Shown one piece after another: positions 1 to 20,937 of a stretch of DNA of 64,000 nucleotides (its first letter is position 1; each line of letters begins with the position of its first letter). The notes beneath the pieces are model-generated. The model saw only the letters and a program-made list of their open reading frames with translations. It did not search any database and was not told where the DNA came from. Location of the stretch: the NCBI GenBank assembly GCA_973851085.1, contig OZ316775.1, forward strand, positions 10,912,001-10,976,000, read 5' to 3'. The position numbers and the translations under genes are program-made. The DNA comes from Ptychomitrium polyphyllum (taxonomy: Eukaryota).

Positions 1-56
1 TCAACATGAAGCTTTGAAAAGTGAAATGACACTGAAACACGACTTCAGATGATGTT

Positions 57-65
57 AAAGGATAC
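57..65 (-). other. U12-type (minor spliceosome) 5' splice site after a 15-nt NRPC1 microexon (66-80)
   Basis: Minus strand reads tttgcag|GCGTGGCTAGTATGA|GTATCCTTTAAC. The 15 nt encode (G)VASM(N), the expected continuation of TFHFAG, and GTATCCTTT is the U12 donor consensus. Confidence 0.8.
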
Positions 66-8098
<8,033 letters not shown>

Positions 8099-8898
8099 CG
8101 CTTCGCTTTCTACGAATCCCTTTTCGTCCCCTCCTGCTCACCCAATCCGTTGTCTACTATTCACCAGCCCTCCCTGCCATCCTACAGCCCATGAGATCAG
8201 AGCGACCTGATGATGCCAATACAATCACTTGCAGCATAGCAAACGAGTCCACTCTCAGAGGTATTTCAACATGTGTCCAGAGCCACAAGGTTGCAGGTCA
8301 TCATAAGAATCAACACAGATCAAGCTGCATTCAACACGGGCGTGCCCCGCAATGCATGCCATGAGGAAATCGGCGGTCGTCATTAACCATACCTCCTGGC
8401 ACTTGCACCACCACAGAATTCGAACAGAAACAGCTAGGATAGGATCTTCTAAATAATCAATGTGAACCTCTATGCCCTCCAATTCCCTCGACGAACACAT
8501 CCACCTCAGCATGTGAACCCCCATCCACCCGAACTCACTTCCACAATTCACGTGCAGCAATGCAGGCCGAAATTCGAAACATGCACAGCCTAGGCAATCC
8601 TCTCTCCCTCCCACCCTGCTCCCTCACTGCCAGGGATAAAAATCATTACTCCCCGCGAGAAAAACGTATCCAAATTCAAAAGCCCTAGACATGCACACCA
8701 TCGAACCCAGCAGCGGAAATACGAAATCCAGCAGCCGGCCCATCGCTAACGTAAGGCTGGTAACGGGTCCACTACAGGGCCACAAACTCGAGGAGGCCCC
8801 CGCATCAGAGCCAACCAGAGACTAAACTTTCCTCGCAGCAGCAAACGAAGACCTCCAGGATTAGGGAAAACCCGCTAGAATCCCGCACCGGAGAGCTC

Positions 8899-8949
8899 CA
8901 CCCCACCCGATCAACACTCACCCCACCCGATCAACACTCACCCCACCCG
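8899..8949. repeat. 20-bp tandem repeat (CACCCCACCCGATCAACACT, about 2.5 copies) upstream of the NRPC1 start codon
   Basis: Read directly from the sequence. Confidence 0.9.
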
Positions 8950-8951
8950 CG

Positions 8952-9354
8952 AAACCCTAGCAAACCCGAATGGATCGAAACCAGCGACGTACCTGCGCAT
9001 TCGTGCTCGGAGTCGCGACGGCGACGGCCGAACCGAATTGAATTGCCCCGCATTCAATCCGAGCGACGTCACGAATCCTACCCCTACAATTCCACGCGCG
9101 ACATCCAGCACATGAGACGATCGCCCTGTTGCAGCCCCAGCAGCCCCACCGTGACCTAATTCCAGCTCCCGGTCGCAGGCACCACGTCCATACTTGCCTC
9201 CCTCATTGCTCCTCAAACCCCGAGCTCATCGGCATGGTCAACTCCTGCCGGCTCGGCAAAAACAAAACAAAGCACCCTCGGTTCGGCTGCGAAACAGCGA
9301 AGCTGCTGCAACAGAGTGCGAGCGTGCTCACCACTTCTGCATCGCCAAACCCTA
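8952..9354. promoter_or_regulatory. NRPC1 5' region with two telo-box motifs (AAACCCTA at 8952-8959 and 9347-9354) and a probable 5'UTR intron donor near 8992
   Basis: Both motifs are present. Telo-boxes are typical of plant translation and ribosome-biogenesis genes. Minus strand CAG|GTACGT near 8992. Confidence 0.5.
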
Positions 9355-11289
9355 AATCTGGTCGCTAAGTTTAGGAGCCAATCTAGAGGGAATCCCTACC
9401 ACTGGGATCCCCTGTCGGAGGCCATCTGAATCAGCCTGTTCGTGTTGCTACCCGCTTCCTCTCCTTCGCTCCATTCGTCCCTTTGGCTAATGTAATGGCT
9501 CATGTAAACTAACCTGTAACCTGCAATCATTAGAATAAAGAACTAACTAAGTTCCATCTTTTAAAGTTTATTCAAAAAATTTGTAATAAGACTTCTAGTT
9601 TCAAGAACAAAAGTGCACTTTTAAATTTTTTGTATTGTATGAATTGATAAGGAAGTTTCAAAAGGATGTTGCCATTGACATCCTTTAGTAGTTATTTATA
9701 AGGGAGACATGACCATCATAAAAGTAACCTTTAATTGTCATTTTTCACTTTTTTGATCCACTTGATCTCATTTAAAAGACTACTATGTATGATATATCTA
9801 ACCTATTATCTTTATACATAGTTTTTTTTGTAATTATTATGTTTTCAAAAAACATGCAAAATATGGTGATTTTAAAAGAAAGAAGAATTATGAGAAATGA
9901 TAGATTATCTTTGAAACTCTTCATACAAGGAGGTAGTAATTATATTGCAAACAATATTAGAAGCTTTGACATTTTTTTTACTTTATTAAGGAATAAGACT
10001 AACAATTAGAGAAATTGCTCTATAGAAGTAAGAAAAGTCTTTGGAAGGATTTAGTTTGGAATTTTGATTCTTAAATATATTGAACAATATGTTTTAGTAT
10101 CTTATCTTTAAAAATATTGATATTTAAAATGGATTTTAAGTTTACAAAAATTAATAAATTGTTTTTGATCCTTTTTTTTTTATGATATTTAAAATTTCCA
10201 AAATTGATGAAGTGAAGGTTTTAAGACATATTTTAAGATATAGTATAAAGTACTAAAAATCAACCTTGTTTTCTAATAGTGAATGACAAAAATTTAAAAG
10301 CTTGTTCTTATTGAAGATTAAAAATAGCTATGAATAATGGTCATGAGTTAGATACTAGTTTCTCTCCAAAATATTTGGTACTTTGCTACCATGGGTATTG
10401 TTTTGATTAAAAATTTTGACTTTGAACTAAAATCTAGATAGAAATGGCACTGCTTTCAAGACTAACAATATATTTTACAATATTACTTAGTGGAATCATT
10501 AATTCTTGTAGTTTTAATTGATTTTCATCAGCTTGTGCAAAAAAATGGGTATACATGTCATTTCTTTGGGAGGCTCTACCATATGCATCCAGCAATTAGT
10601 GCTTTCCCAAACAAACAACCCTACAATTGCAAGTTAAAGAATGGTGATAGCATCAATCACAAACAATTATGAAAAATTTGCATATCCGAAGGAACTGTTT
10701 GAATCTTCTGCCTTCATTGATATTCTTGATGGTACAGAAGCCACTGCGAGCTCTAGCAAGAAAAATGGGGGCTTAAGCTTGTTCTTCATTTGATTTCTCT
10801 CATTTCTGGTTCTGGTAATTTTGACCTCAAGATAAAACCAAAGAGAGTTGGAAACAAAATATGTTCACCACAAAATTCAAAATCTGGAGAATAAGCTTTA
10901 AGGAATTCTCATTTGATTGGTTTCTTTGGCTAGCGACGATGCTTGATTTAGTCGTGAGAATACGGCAAAGAGAAATGCTGTGAAATGTCTAACCTTTTAT
11001 GACCTCTCAAGAACTCTGCAAATGTTTCATTGCTTTTTTTTGACACCAGCAACGTTTTTATGATGACCACAGCCATCAGCGACCTGCGATCTCCCTGCAC
11101 TCTGGCACTCATTCAAATCCTTGATCTCAATCCTGGACCTGATATTCAGGAAGGCAAAGGTTACAGGCAACTTAATGCCAACTTAATGACAAGATCAGTT
11201 GTTTCAATTATCTGAATACTCAATTTATCTCAAACACCACTGAATACAGTTTCAAGCACACCAGTTTGATGAGGACAAGTCCCATACAA

Positions 11290-12392
11290 GGATCAACAGC
11301 ATGGATCTCCCTGGAGGTTGGCTCTGGTGAAAGCAACGGGCAAATAAAGAACTGAGCGAACCTACGAACACATCAGGTCACAGGACACTGTGGTTTCTGT
11401 GAAGCATAAATCCTTCAAGGTAATGGAACAAAGAAAACTGGAACGTCGTCCTTAAGTTCTTAAAGTCAACTAGTTCACTTGGGACCAACCTGTCCAGAGC
11501 TTCTCCCAAATGACTCGCATTGACATCAAAGTGATGATTAGTGAATTCATGTCCTGTGTAGGCATTAGCATATCCTCCATGCTGCAGCCAAAATCCTCCA
11601 TAAAACCCACGAGCTCCCTGAGAAACTGCGGACCATAAGTTAATTACTAGATTCTTTTGCACCTCTAAATTTGATTTGTCCACAATATTTTCAACTCTTT
11701 CCGGGCAAACTAGGTTCACCACCACTAACTTTCAGATGTAATTTGGCTTCCTGTCATGCTGGAGGTGCAGAGATACAAGCGGCCCGAAGTAGTGTTCCTC
11801 ATTAAGGAACCTCTTGTACATCCCTTCCCAGGGATACATTTCACTTGCATAAAACAGCGTATGCTCTATGGAGCTAGCAGAATATCGTTATTCACATATC
11901 GATCTTTGGAAATGGAGAAATTGGGGTTTCGTAAGTGATTAGACAATGGTGTAAGATATTGTTGGACATGATACATTCCTAGGAAGTGAACCAAGTCCTG
12001 CAAACCCTCCGGGTCACTGAATGATCCCACATGCACATTCATGGATGTAGCTGCCTGCACTTAGAGCCGGACAGATCAAGCAGTCCCTTTGAGCTAGTTC
12101 GGAGGTTGAATGATGGAGTAGACCTTGCTAACACAGTCTGTGGACAGGGACTTGAAAGCACAAAAAACCTCCCACCCACATTACATTGACTTCAGCGTAA
12201 CTAGCATACAGCAGAAAGTGGACACAGAAGTGGATGCTAAATCAATGTGTTGTTGCAATTACAAATTCCCTTGTCTGTGTCGGGGTTACAGGCAAGAAGA
12301 TCTTGGAGGCCATTCGAGAGAACCACTCCTCTGTGGTCTCTTCGGCCGTTGCGGTGCTTCACTATTCGTGTATTGTCCCCGCCACTTACCAT
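11290..12392 (-). pseudogene. Insulysin / insulin-degrading enzyme (peptidase M16A) 5' fragment, decayed
   Basis: Exon-like pieces: MVSGGDNTRIVKHRNGRRDHRGVVLSNGLQDLLACNPDTDK / AATSMNVHVGSFSDPEGLQDLVHFL / EHTLFYASEMYP..YKRFLNE / HGGYANAYTGHEFTNHHFDVNASHLGEALDR / FAQFFICPLLSPEPTSREIHAVD. The HxxEH motif is split by an intron. Two donors read GG and GA instead of GT, and the rest of the ~1000-aa protein is absent. Confidence 0.8.
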
Positions 12393-13284
12393 TGAATAAC
12401 TCTTTAGACTACGTACTGAATACTCAATAGGACGCTTTCACTGGATCTCACTAGCTTCGGATGATTTCAAGCTCAATCGGCACGTATCGTCACAAACTAG
12501 CTGTCCAGCCTGTCACGTTGCTGACAGTCACAACCGTAAAACTAGGCAGCATTTGTTGACCAAATTCCGAAACAAGCCAGACACTCCATTATAAACTTTA
12601 AGGTAGCGTCTGGTTGAAATAGGAGCCCATAACAAAAGATTTGTCAGGAGCTGGGTAACGATATTGCAGCAGGACATGAGCTGTACACGCTCTAGTAAGG
12701 ACAAGACTAAATGATGACATATCTTCCGTTTGAACGCACTTTGTTGAAGTTTCACATCTCCTTTCTAATAAATCATTACCCAAAATGCACTAGAACTCTT
12801 CAAGTCCAGCCCTCTCTTACAAGTAACTCCGTGGTTAACTGAGGGCACAGGCTGAGTTAGGATTTGTTGATCTGTGTGTTTTTGTAACGCACCTTCACGA
12901 CTTTACTGAATTCACTCCCATTCTAATCTTCGCAGAATCTTGAGATGGCGTTCGAAGCAAGTCTAACATATCAGCTCATTCAGTTCAACTCGCCTTCCTC
13001 CTAAACTCCCAATGTGCGAAACCAGTTCCTGTGGCAGCTCCAGCACCTAAACCATGATTCTGATACTAAGGTGATAGTGCTCCAGCTCGACCCCGCAGTC
13101 CTCCGGTCTCCGAAACTTGCCTGAGCTGCCTTCCAGTACATTCTTTGTCACGAAGGTTGTATGAACGATTGCCTTGCTTGTCGAGGCGTTTCGTTCTCGT
13201 GTGCTTGCTGTGCCTTGTTTCACCAGGAATATATCGGTACTTGTGTGCCGGCAGGATGGAGTCACATCCCATGTCTTCCTCTTC

Positions 13285-13505
13285 AACTGCTTGCCCGACT
13301 CCAGCAGCTTTCAAGAAGAAACGCTTCACAATGCTTTCCTCCAAGCTGTGGAAGGAGATGAGAGCCAGACGGCCTTCGGGTGAGAGCAGATCAAAAGCAT
13401 CATCAAGAGCTTTCTCAAGTTTCTCGACTCGTCATTAACTGCGATTCGTAGGACTTGGAACGTCCGTGTTTTTGGGTGCAAACTCTTCCCCCTCTCGGAG
13501 CGTCC
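13285..13505 (-). pseudogene. RsmH/MraW rRNA methyltransferase C-terminal fragment, frameshifted
   Basis: [17 protein letters not shown] continues in a shifted frame as [35 protein letters not shown], matching the RsmH HPATRxFQAxRIxVNxEL...GRLxxISFHSLEDRIVK signature. No N-terminal half was recognised. Confidence 0.8.
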
Positions 13506-13854
13506 TGAGCAAAAAACTGGGCCTTTCCCACCCGTCCTAGCAGGGCTTCCGCCTCCCAGTCCTCTTGCAACTGCCAAAGCTCGATCGATCTTTTGTCTCG
13601 GTATCGATCTGCTGCAATTTGCCATCTGGCATCTGGCATCTCCATGGCTGCCAATTAGGCTTCGACAAAGGCCTTCTAGCCGGTATGGAACTGGGCTTCT
13701 CGACGCTATCAGGTTGCGGTGACCAAGGACCTCAGGAAATTCGGTCCATCTCACCTAAATTCTTATTCCTTTCGTATTTTTGTTCCGATTTGGAGTCACA
13801 TGTTTTGGGGGTGACTGAGATGAAATTCTTTTGGATGTTGCATCGGTGGAGAAG

Positions 13855-14012
13855 GACTGCGGTACTATGACTTGTATGACGACATGTATGACTTGAACGT
13901 GAAGGAGGCGTTTAACCAGCTGCCGCAGCAGGAGATGGACAACGGCAACCAGCGTCTGAATAGCGGGATGGACTCTTTGATGAAGCATCAGTACTTGCCC
14001 AAGCAATTGCAG
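13855..14012 (+). pseudogene. Cytochrome b-c1 complex subunit 7 (QCR7), isolated internal exon, diverged
   Basis: GLRYYDLYDDMYDLNVKEAFNQLPQQEMDNGNQRLNSGMDSLMKHQYLPKQLQ resembles plant QCR7 (GLRYDDLYD..DIKEALNRLP.E.VDARNQRLKRAMDLSMKH.YLP). It is bounded by AG and GT. Flanking exons were not found and conserved Arg residues are lost. Confidence 0.75.
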
Positions 14013-15814
14013 GTTTTTCTTCTTTGCTACCCCTGCACTTCGTTGCAAAGCGTTAATCTGCTGCGTTTATAGGATGTCACGTAGTTGGTAGCTGTCGTTT
14101 GATGATGGTTTCTTAAAGAAACGGCTGAGCAAGAGCACTTGGTTATCAAGGGTATCCCTGAGCTAATAGCTTACCTCATGCTATTCTGATTCATGGAGAA
14201 AGCTATGATTATCTCTGCAAAATGGGCCAACGGCTAAGCGTGTACTGCCGAACGACTTCTTCAGAATTGTTGATTGTTACAGTGACGCTAGTTGACACGG
14301 TAACTTGGAGAACCTGAAGTATGAACCAGGTGTTATGTGAGTGCTTCTTAACTGAGCTCTTCCAGCACCTGAAGAGCCCTGAATTACACAATCTTTGATA
14401 CAGGCAAAACAGGTAAAGAATCGAGAAAGCATAACCGGTATGTACAAAACACACATTTATACCTTTCAATTGACTCATGACCTACTACGGCCCTTGACAA
14501 CTTCTGCACTCGAAGGAGGTCATCTTGATAAACAAAGCAACTGGTCTCAAAAAAAGTGGGACAAGTAGAACACGTTGAATATTCCTACGAGAGTGCCTGG
14601 AACGAGAGCCAAGTCATGCAGAACTACTGACCCAAATCGGACCACAAGCCAACAACGAATTGAAGAATCACAAATCAAACTGGATCTACTCCCGAACAAA
14701 GAATAAGGCATCATTAATTCCGAAATGAAGGATCACTCGCAAAGACTAGCCTAACACCAAAACCAGGACTCTCTCTAACTCGACCTAACCCAAAACCATG
14801 AACTAGTGCGATCCTCTTCAGCACTACCCGCAATCACAAAAACCCGACTACACAGAAACACTCCTTAAACACAAAAATTAATCAAACACCTACGGTTCAA
14901 GAATCAAACCACCGCCTCCTCACTCCACCCAAAAACAGTATTCTCGTAAACCACTGTCCGAGACTAAATACGAGTTTCCACTACTCTACTCCTATCTTCG
15001 TACTTGCACATCACACACCTCGCAAACAACTGTTGATTCACAAAGACGTGACTTCACCTACACCTCAGTACGAAACCCAACCCCAGTTTCAGTTTCTCAA
15101 TTCCCTGAACAGCCAACCCAACTATACAACGGCGGTCGCTGCCTCACGCGCTCGCTCGCGAACGTTCGCGGACTTCCTCTTCTCCAAAATCGAAACTCAA
15201 CATTCGCCTGAGAAAAAAGAGAACGACGTCGCGCCTGCCAGGCATTTGCAGAGACGCAATCTGACACCCCCGTGCCGGCACATGACAATCGACACATTCC
15301 AAGCGAGACAAGGCACAGCAGGCACACGAAAACAGAAAACTCCTCGAGAGGCAAGCCCACTATTCACCCAATCTCCCCGACAAAATGGGCTGCACGGCAG
15401 CCGATGCATGATGCGGAGGCGGCAGGACTCCGGCGTCCGCCGAGTAACTACCCCAGCAAAGTCGGGCCGGGAAGGGGTCCCGGAGACGAGGGAACCCAGG
15501 ATTGTAGGCGAGGGCAGTACCAGACGCCCATAACCCGGTAACCGGAGATACACCGGCCCCGGTTTCTGGTCAGACTTCCACGGAGGACGCCCAAACAAAA
15601 AGCCAATGAGGGTCACCAAGGAATAGACTTCGCTCAAGAATGACGAACAGAGATCTGTGCGTCTGTTAGGGCAAAGACAGGGGCCGAGAGTTCGAGCCCT
15701 AAAGCGCGAGGGGGGACGAGGAGGTCGGTCTTTCACGGCCATCGCCACGCCAGGGCTTCGCGGGCTGCCCCCCTCTTCCCCGTCGCTGTGCACCTCGGAG
15801 CCCCGCCCGCAGCC

Positions 15815-17109
15815 ATGAAGTTCTCCCCCCGTAAGTCCCCCTCTCGCCCTTGTCTCCGCAACTTTCAGCGCCCGGGATGGTTTAGGGCCGCGTGCTGTGT
15901 GGTGGGTGTGCGACTCGGAATAGATGCCGTGTTCCGTTCCGGAGAGACGTCGCGTATGGGCGAGGTAGCCCTAGATTTGGGAAATTCGATCACCTGGCTC
16001 TCTGGGCGTCCGTGCGCTCGCAGGCCCAGGCCTTGGGTTCATGAGGTGCTCTGGAGTGAGGTTCGTGTCCCGTTCTCAGATGGGTGTGGTTGATGCAGGT
16101 GTGAGCAGCTCCAGGCGCAAGTCGAGGAAGGCACACTTCAGTGCTCCCTCCAGCGAGAGGCGCATTCTCATGAGTGCGGCCCTGTCCTCGGACCTCAAGA
16201 ACAAGTACAATGTGAGTGACACGGTGTTGGTCATGCTGGCCTTGCTCGTGTCTTGGCGTAATTCGGCGACAAGCAATCTGGAACATTGAGAACTGGTTGC
16301 ATCTAGTTGCGAAATGAGGTCCTCGGGGCTGTGGCGTCGACATGGCGTGGTCTTCGACAGACTCGGGGTTTCTGGATGACGTGTGTCTGGTCGGACCGTG
16401 TCTCCGCAGTGAGTGGGGTGTTGACGTGTGTGGTGGGTGGGTTGCAGGTTCGGTCTGTACCAGTGAGGAAGGATGACGAAGTGATGGTGGTGCGCGGCAC
16501 GTACAAGGGCCGGGAAGGAAAGGTGGTGCAGGTGTATCGCCGGAAGTGGGTGATCCATGTGGAGCGCATCACTCGTGAGAAAGTGAACGGTGAGTTCCTT
16601 GCTGCAGTGGAAGGTGGAGGGTGGTGTCGATGTTTGTTTGCGGCCGGGCCTGTTCGAGGCTCCTGGGCCCTGGTTACGTGGTCTCTGGGGGTTCGCGTGC
16701 ACGTTCGCTCTACTGCGGAGTAGAGGAGTAGGCGCAATCTAGTCCTTGTGCTGTTCGAACTGGGAACACGCTCTTTGCGCATTGTGAGTAGTGTGCTGCT
16801 GGTCGGGCACGTAATTAGGGTTAAGGGCACTGAGCGTTCAGGTCGGTTTTGTCGTGTGAGGTATAGGCTTCATTGTGAAGCCGACTGTGCACTGGGTTGG
16901 GACGAGGTGATGGAGTTTTCTGTGTGATGCGTGCAGGAGCCACCGTGAACGTGGGCATCGACACATCGAAGGTGGTGATCACGAAGCTGAAGTTAGACAA
17001 GGACCGCAAGGCCCTGCTAGAGCGCAAGGGCAAGGGGCGGTCTGCAGAGAAAGGGAAGGGGAAGTTTACGGATGCGGATGTGGCTCCACCCCTGCAGGAG
17101 GTGGATTAA
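15815..17109 (+). CDS. RPL26: 60S ribosomal protein L26 (uL24), copy 1; exons 15815-15830, 16099-16211, 16448-16589, 16937-17109; 147 aa
   Basis: [121 protein letters not shown]...; all introns GT-AG; exons total 444 nt. Confidence 0.97.
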
Positions 17110-17384
17110 GGATTCTGTAAATTTATCAATGGAATCAGTTCATACTACCGGTGTTTGCAGTGAGAATGTGTGCGATGCACGGGTCGGGTGGTCATGTGCT
17201 GCTGAAGTCGGTGTATGGCCCCATCTGGGATGAATGTGAATGTGACTCATCGCTGTGTTGGCAGGAGTATTGCATGGTAGGCCCTCCCTTGTGCTTGGAT
17301 TGTGACATGCGTGCGGAAGTCGCATTTTTCCCAGTCTATTCGGATTCTGTTAGGTCGGGTTGAAGTGTCGGTCGTTTGCTTGCA

Positions 17385-18345
17385 GCCAAGTGATGTGGCC
17401 GATGAGGCCGACCATGATGCGGACAGATTGGCTCTCATATCTGATAGCCTGGTTACTGATGGCGAGCAAGTGTGGAAGTAGGGTGTTGTAGGTCGTAGGT
17501 TCTTTCTGTTAAGAGGTTGTCTAATGGAACCTGAGTTGACACGGCTGTGTCCAGTGTTTCTCTGACCAGGGACTGTCGTAACCTGGGTGCTCCTCTGCAG
17601 TACTCGGACGTTTTGAATCGCGCCGGTTATGTCTGCACCCAACAAACTGATTACAGGCTGGACGTAACTGCCAGCTTAGTATGAGATGGTGCTACATGAA
17701 TTTCACCCTTCACTGGTACAAACCACACTTCATGGTTGTGTCGTTTTCAAACTGGCGGGTACACCGGAAGCCCATCGGTCGTGTTATTGTGAGTTGGCTG
17801 AGTTGGATTTTGTGTCCGCTGTTTGCACGCGACAAACTGATTCCGGGCTGGAGGTAGCTGCGAGCTTAGTGTGACAAGGACATGGTGCCACAAGGACGCC
17901 TCCGCTGGTCCAAGTTGCTCGGGACGGTTGTTGCGTTTTCGGAACTGGTGGGACAATCGTTTTTGCGAGGCGAAGGGTTGTATGTGGCAGCATGGTGAGT
18001 CGAAGGTGGCTGTGTTTGTCAGGTCGTCGCACCTGACCAGGACTGTCACCTTGATGTGTTCGTGGGAGTGGCCGTGTACCTTGGCCGAGTGATGCGGCTT
18101 GTAGGTCGACTATGATGCGGACTGACCTGGCTGAGCCGTGTATGATAAACCTGGTGGTAACCGATGGCAATACTGTAGTGCAGGGGATAGGCGCTGTCTT
18201 ATTTCATCCTACGTTTGATAGGGTTTCCTCTTGGTTGTGCCGGTGTGGAGGAAGCTTTGTTGCCAAGTGATTAGACCTTTTAGGTCGACCATGATGCGGA
18301 CAGAGAAGGCTACGCCATATCTGACAATTTGGTAACTGATGGCAA
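17385..18345 (+). ncRNA. Three diverged ~80-nt box C/D-like elements downstream of RPL26 (17385-17463, 18084-18168, 18260-18345)
   Basis: Shared layout GCC(A/G)-A-GTGAT...hairpin...ATGATGCGGAC...TGGT(A/T)A-C(T/C)GA-TGGC with a GCCA/TGGC terminal stem. No rRNA guide recognised. Confidence 0.35.
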
Positions 18346-18577
18346 GCTTGGTACACTAGAGTGGGTCTGCAGTGTTTGCGATTGGCGGGTCTTCGTTCAC
18401 TGTTTTGTTTGCTGGGGGTGTAGGTGGACTTTCCCGGACAGTTGTTTTGGTGGAAGTCTTTGCATCACATTGGTGATGGCGGTTGCATACATGCTAATTG
18501 CTTGCCCGCTGAGTGTGCGGAGAGGCTTAGGATGCGCTGATGTACGGTTTGGGGCTTTTGCAAGGCAATATTTATAT

Positions 18578-20451
18578 TTGTGGGTTTGTTATGCCTTATG
18601 TAATATACTTGTATAACAGTTTTTGAATACGAGTTTTGAGGATTATTTTACTTTTTCGTATCTGTAGGAAGATCTTATACTAACGTTTTCTAGTTTTTGA
18701 ATTTTGAAGCTGTGAGAAGAACTGGTGTGTGTAGCAGATTATTTAGTTTTTCGGTCACAGGATTTAGGGGACTCGGTATTTTCTATGATTCCCACGGTAG
18801 GCATGTGCGTAGAAGTCGGATGTCCTCCACTTGGGTGAAAATCCTCGAGTACTTTTAGTTGGAAGTCTTATATTTGAATTTGATCAGTAGTATTTATCGG
18901 TTTACTTTGCAGTGAGTACATGTTTCAATTAAATCAGTTTTGTTTGGCTAATACTTATTTTTGTCTAATATGTAAATTTTGGAAGAGAAGATATTTCGCC
19001 ACTCAGGTGTTTGCAGAATTTTTTTCTGTATACCAAATTTTGTCTCGTCGAAAGATATTTTAATGTACAAGCCAGTGTGGATGGTAGTTTAATCAGTTCT
19101 TTGTCTACATAATGGTAAGTATCTTACAGTTAGCTTGATTAATTATTAGCTACAACTTCTTGATTAATTATTAGCTACAACTATATGTACCTGTTTAAAC
19201 AACGAAAGCATTTCGATATATTAATGATAATACTTTCGATATACATGTGTTCCAAGTGACGTCAAATAAATTCGATGATGCATATAGGATGATGATATGG
19301 CATTGATTTTAGGATAGTCCTCGTTCCTTGCAACAAATACGAATGGTTGATGCCAGCCTCAACCATTCTAAAACATCCACATCCATATCATATAAGAATG
19401 AGTATCAACATATCCAAATGCTCTCATTCCAAGATCGAAAAACTCAACAAAAATCCTTGAAGCCNNNNNNNNNNNNNNNNNNNNNNNNNNNNNNNNNNNN
19501 NNNNNNNNNNNNNNNNNNNNNNNNNNNNNNNNNNNNNNNNNNNNNNNNNNNNNNNNNNNNNNNNTTGTGGGTTTGTTATGCCTTATGTAATATACTTGTA
19601 TAACAGTTTTTGAATACGAGTTTTGAGGATTATTTTACTTTTTCGTATCTGTAGGAAGATCTTATACTAACGTTTTCTAGTTTTTGAATTTTGAAGCTGT
19701 GAGAAGAACTGGTGTGTGTAGCAGATTATTTAGTTTTTCGGTCACAGGATTTAGGGGACTCGGTATTTTCTATGATTCCCACGGTAGGCATGTGCGTAGA
19801 AGTCGGATGTCCTCCACTTGGGTGAAAATCCTCGAGTACTTTTAGTTGGAAGTCTTATATTTGAATTTGATCAGTAGTATTTATCGGTTTACTTTGCAGT
19901 GAGTACATGTTTCAATTAAATCAGTTTTGTTTGGCTAATACTTATTTTTGTCTAATATGTAAATTTTGGAAGAGAAGATATTTCGCCACTCAGGTGTTTG
20001 CAGAATTTTTTTCTGTATACCAAATTTTGTCTCGTCGAAAGATATTTTAATGTACAAGCCAGTGTGGATGGTAGTTTAATCAGTTCTTTGTCTACATAAT
20101 GGTAAGTATCTTACAGTTAGCTTGATTAATTATTAGCTACAACTTCTTGATTAATTATTAGCTACAACTATATGTACCTGTTTAAACAACGAAAGCATTT
20201 CGATATATTAATGATAATACTTTCGATATACATGTGTTCCAAGTGACGTCAAATAAATTCGATGATGCATATAGGATGATGATATGGCATTGATTTTAGG
20301 ATAGTCCTCGTTCCTTGCAACAAATACGAATGGTTGATGCCAGCCTCAACCATTCTAAAACATCCACATCCATATCATATAAGAATGAGTATCAACATAT
20401 CCAAATGCTCTCATTCCAAGATCGAAAAACTCAACAAAAATCCTTGAAGCC
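18578..20451. other. Assembly gap (100 N, 19465-19564) flanked by an 887-bp direct duplication (18578-19464 = 19565-20451)
   Basis: The sequence just after the Ns repeats the 887 bp just before them, as expected for unmerged overlapping contig ends. Confidence 0.9.
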
Positions 20452-20937
20452 AAAAGAAAAATACTTCAATGCGTACTGTAAAATTTATACCTAACCTCAA
20501 CAAGAAATTCCTATCTAAAGGCATACTAACCCTCTCACATACCTTTGCACCATAGACTTTATAGTCAAGAAAAGAGAATCACTAAAACACTAGAAAACGT
20601 TAGTATAAGATCTTCCTACAGATACGAAAAAGTAAAATAATCCTCAAAACTCGTATTCAAAAACTGTTATACAAGTATATTACATAAGGCATAACAAACC
20701 CACAAATATAAATATTGCCTTGCAAAAGCCCCAAACCGTACATCAGCGCATCCTAAGCCTCTCCGCACACTCAGCGGGCAAGCAATTAGCATGTATGCAA
20801 CCGCCATCACCAATGTGATGCAAAGACTTCCACCAAAACAACTGTCCGGGAAAGTCCACCTACACCCCCAGCAAACAAAACAGTGAACGAAGACCCGCCA
20901 ATCGCAAACACTGCAGACCCACTCTAGTGTACCAAGC

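Larger units (their letters stand above)
15685..18694 (+). repeat. Left arm of a 3010-bp inverted repeat containing RPL26
   Basis: Position x mirrors 39283-x. All mirrored ORF translations are identical and spot checks of introns and flanks match. First mismatches are at 15684 and 18695. Confidence 0.95.

Noticed and set aside
15033..18616. Many 60-208-aa ORFs around RPL26 and their mirror images at 20667-24173
   Set aside because: They are antisense or alternate-frame ORFs in GC-rich exons, introns and promoters. Their duplication only reflects the inverted repeat.
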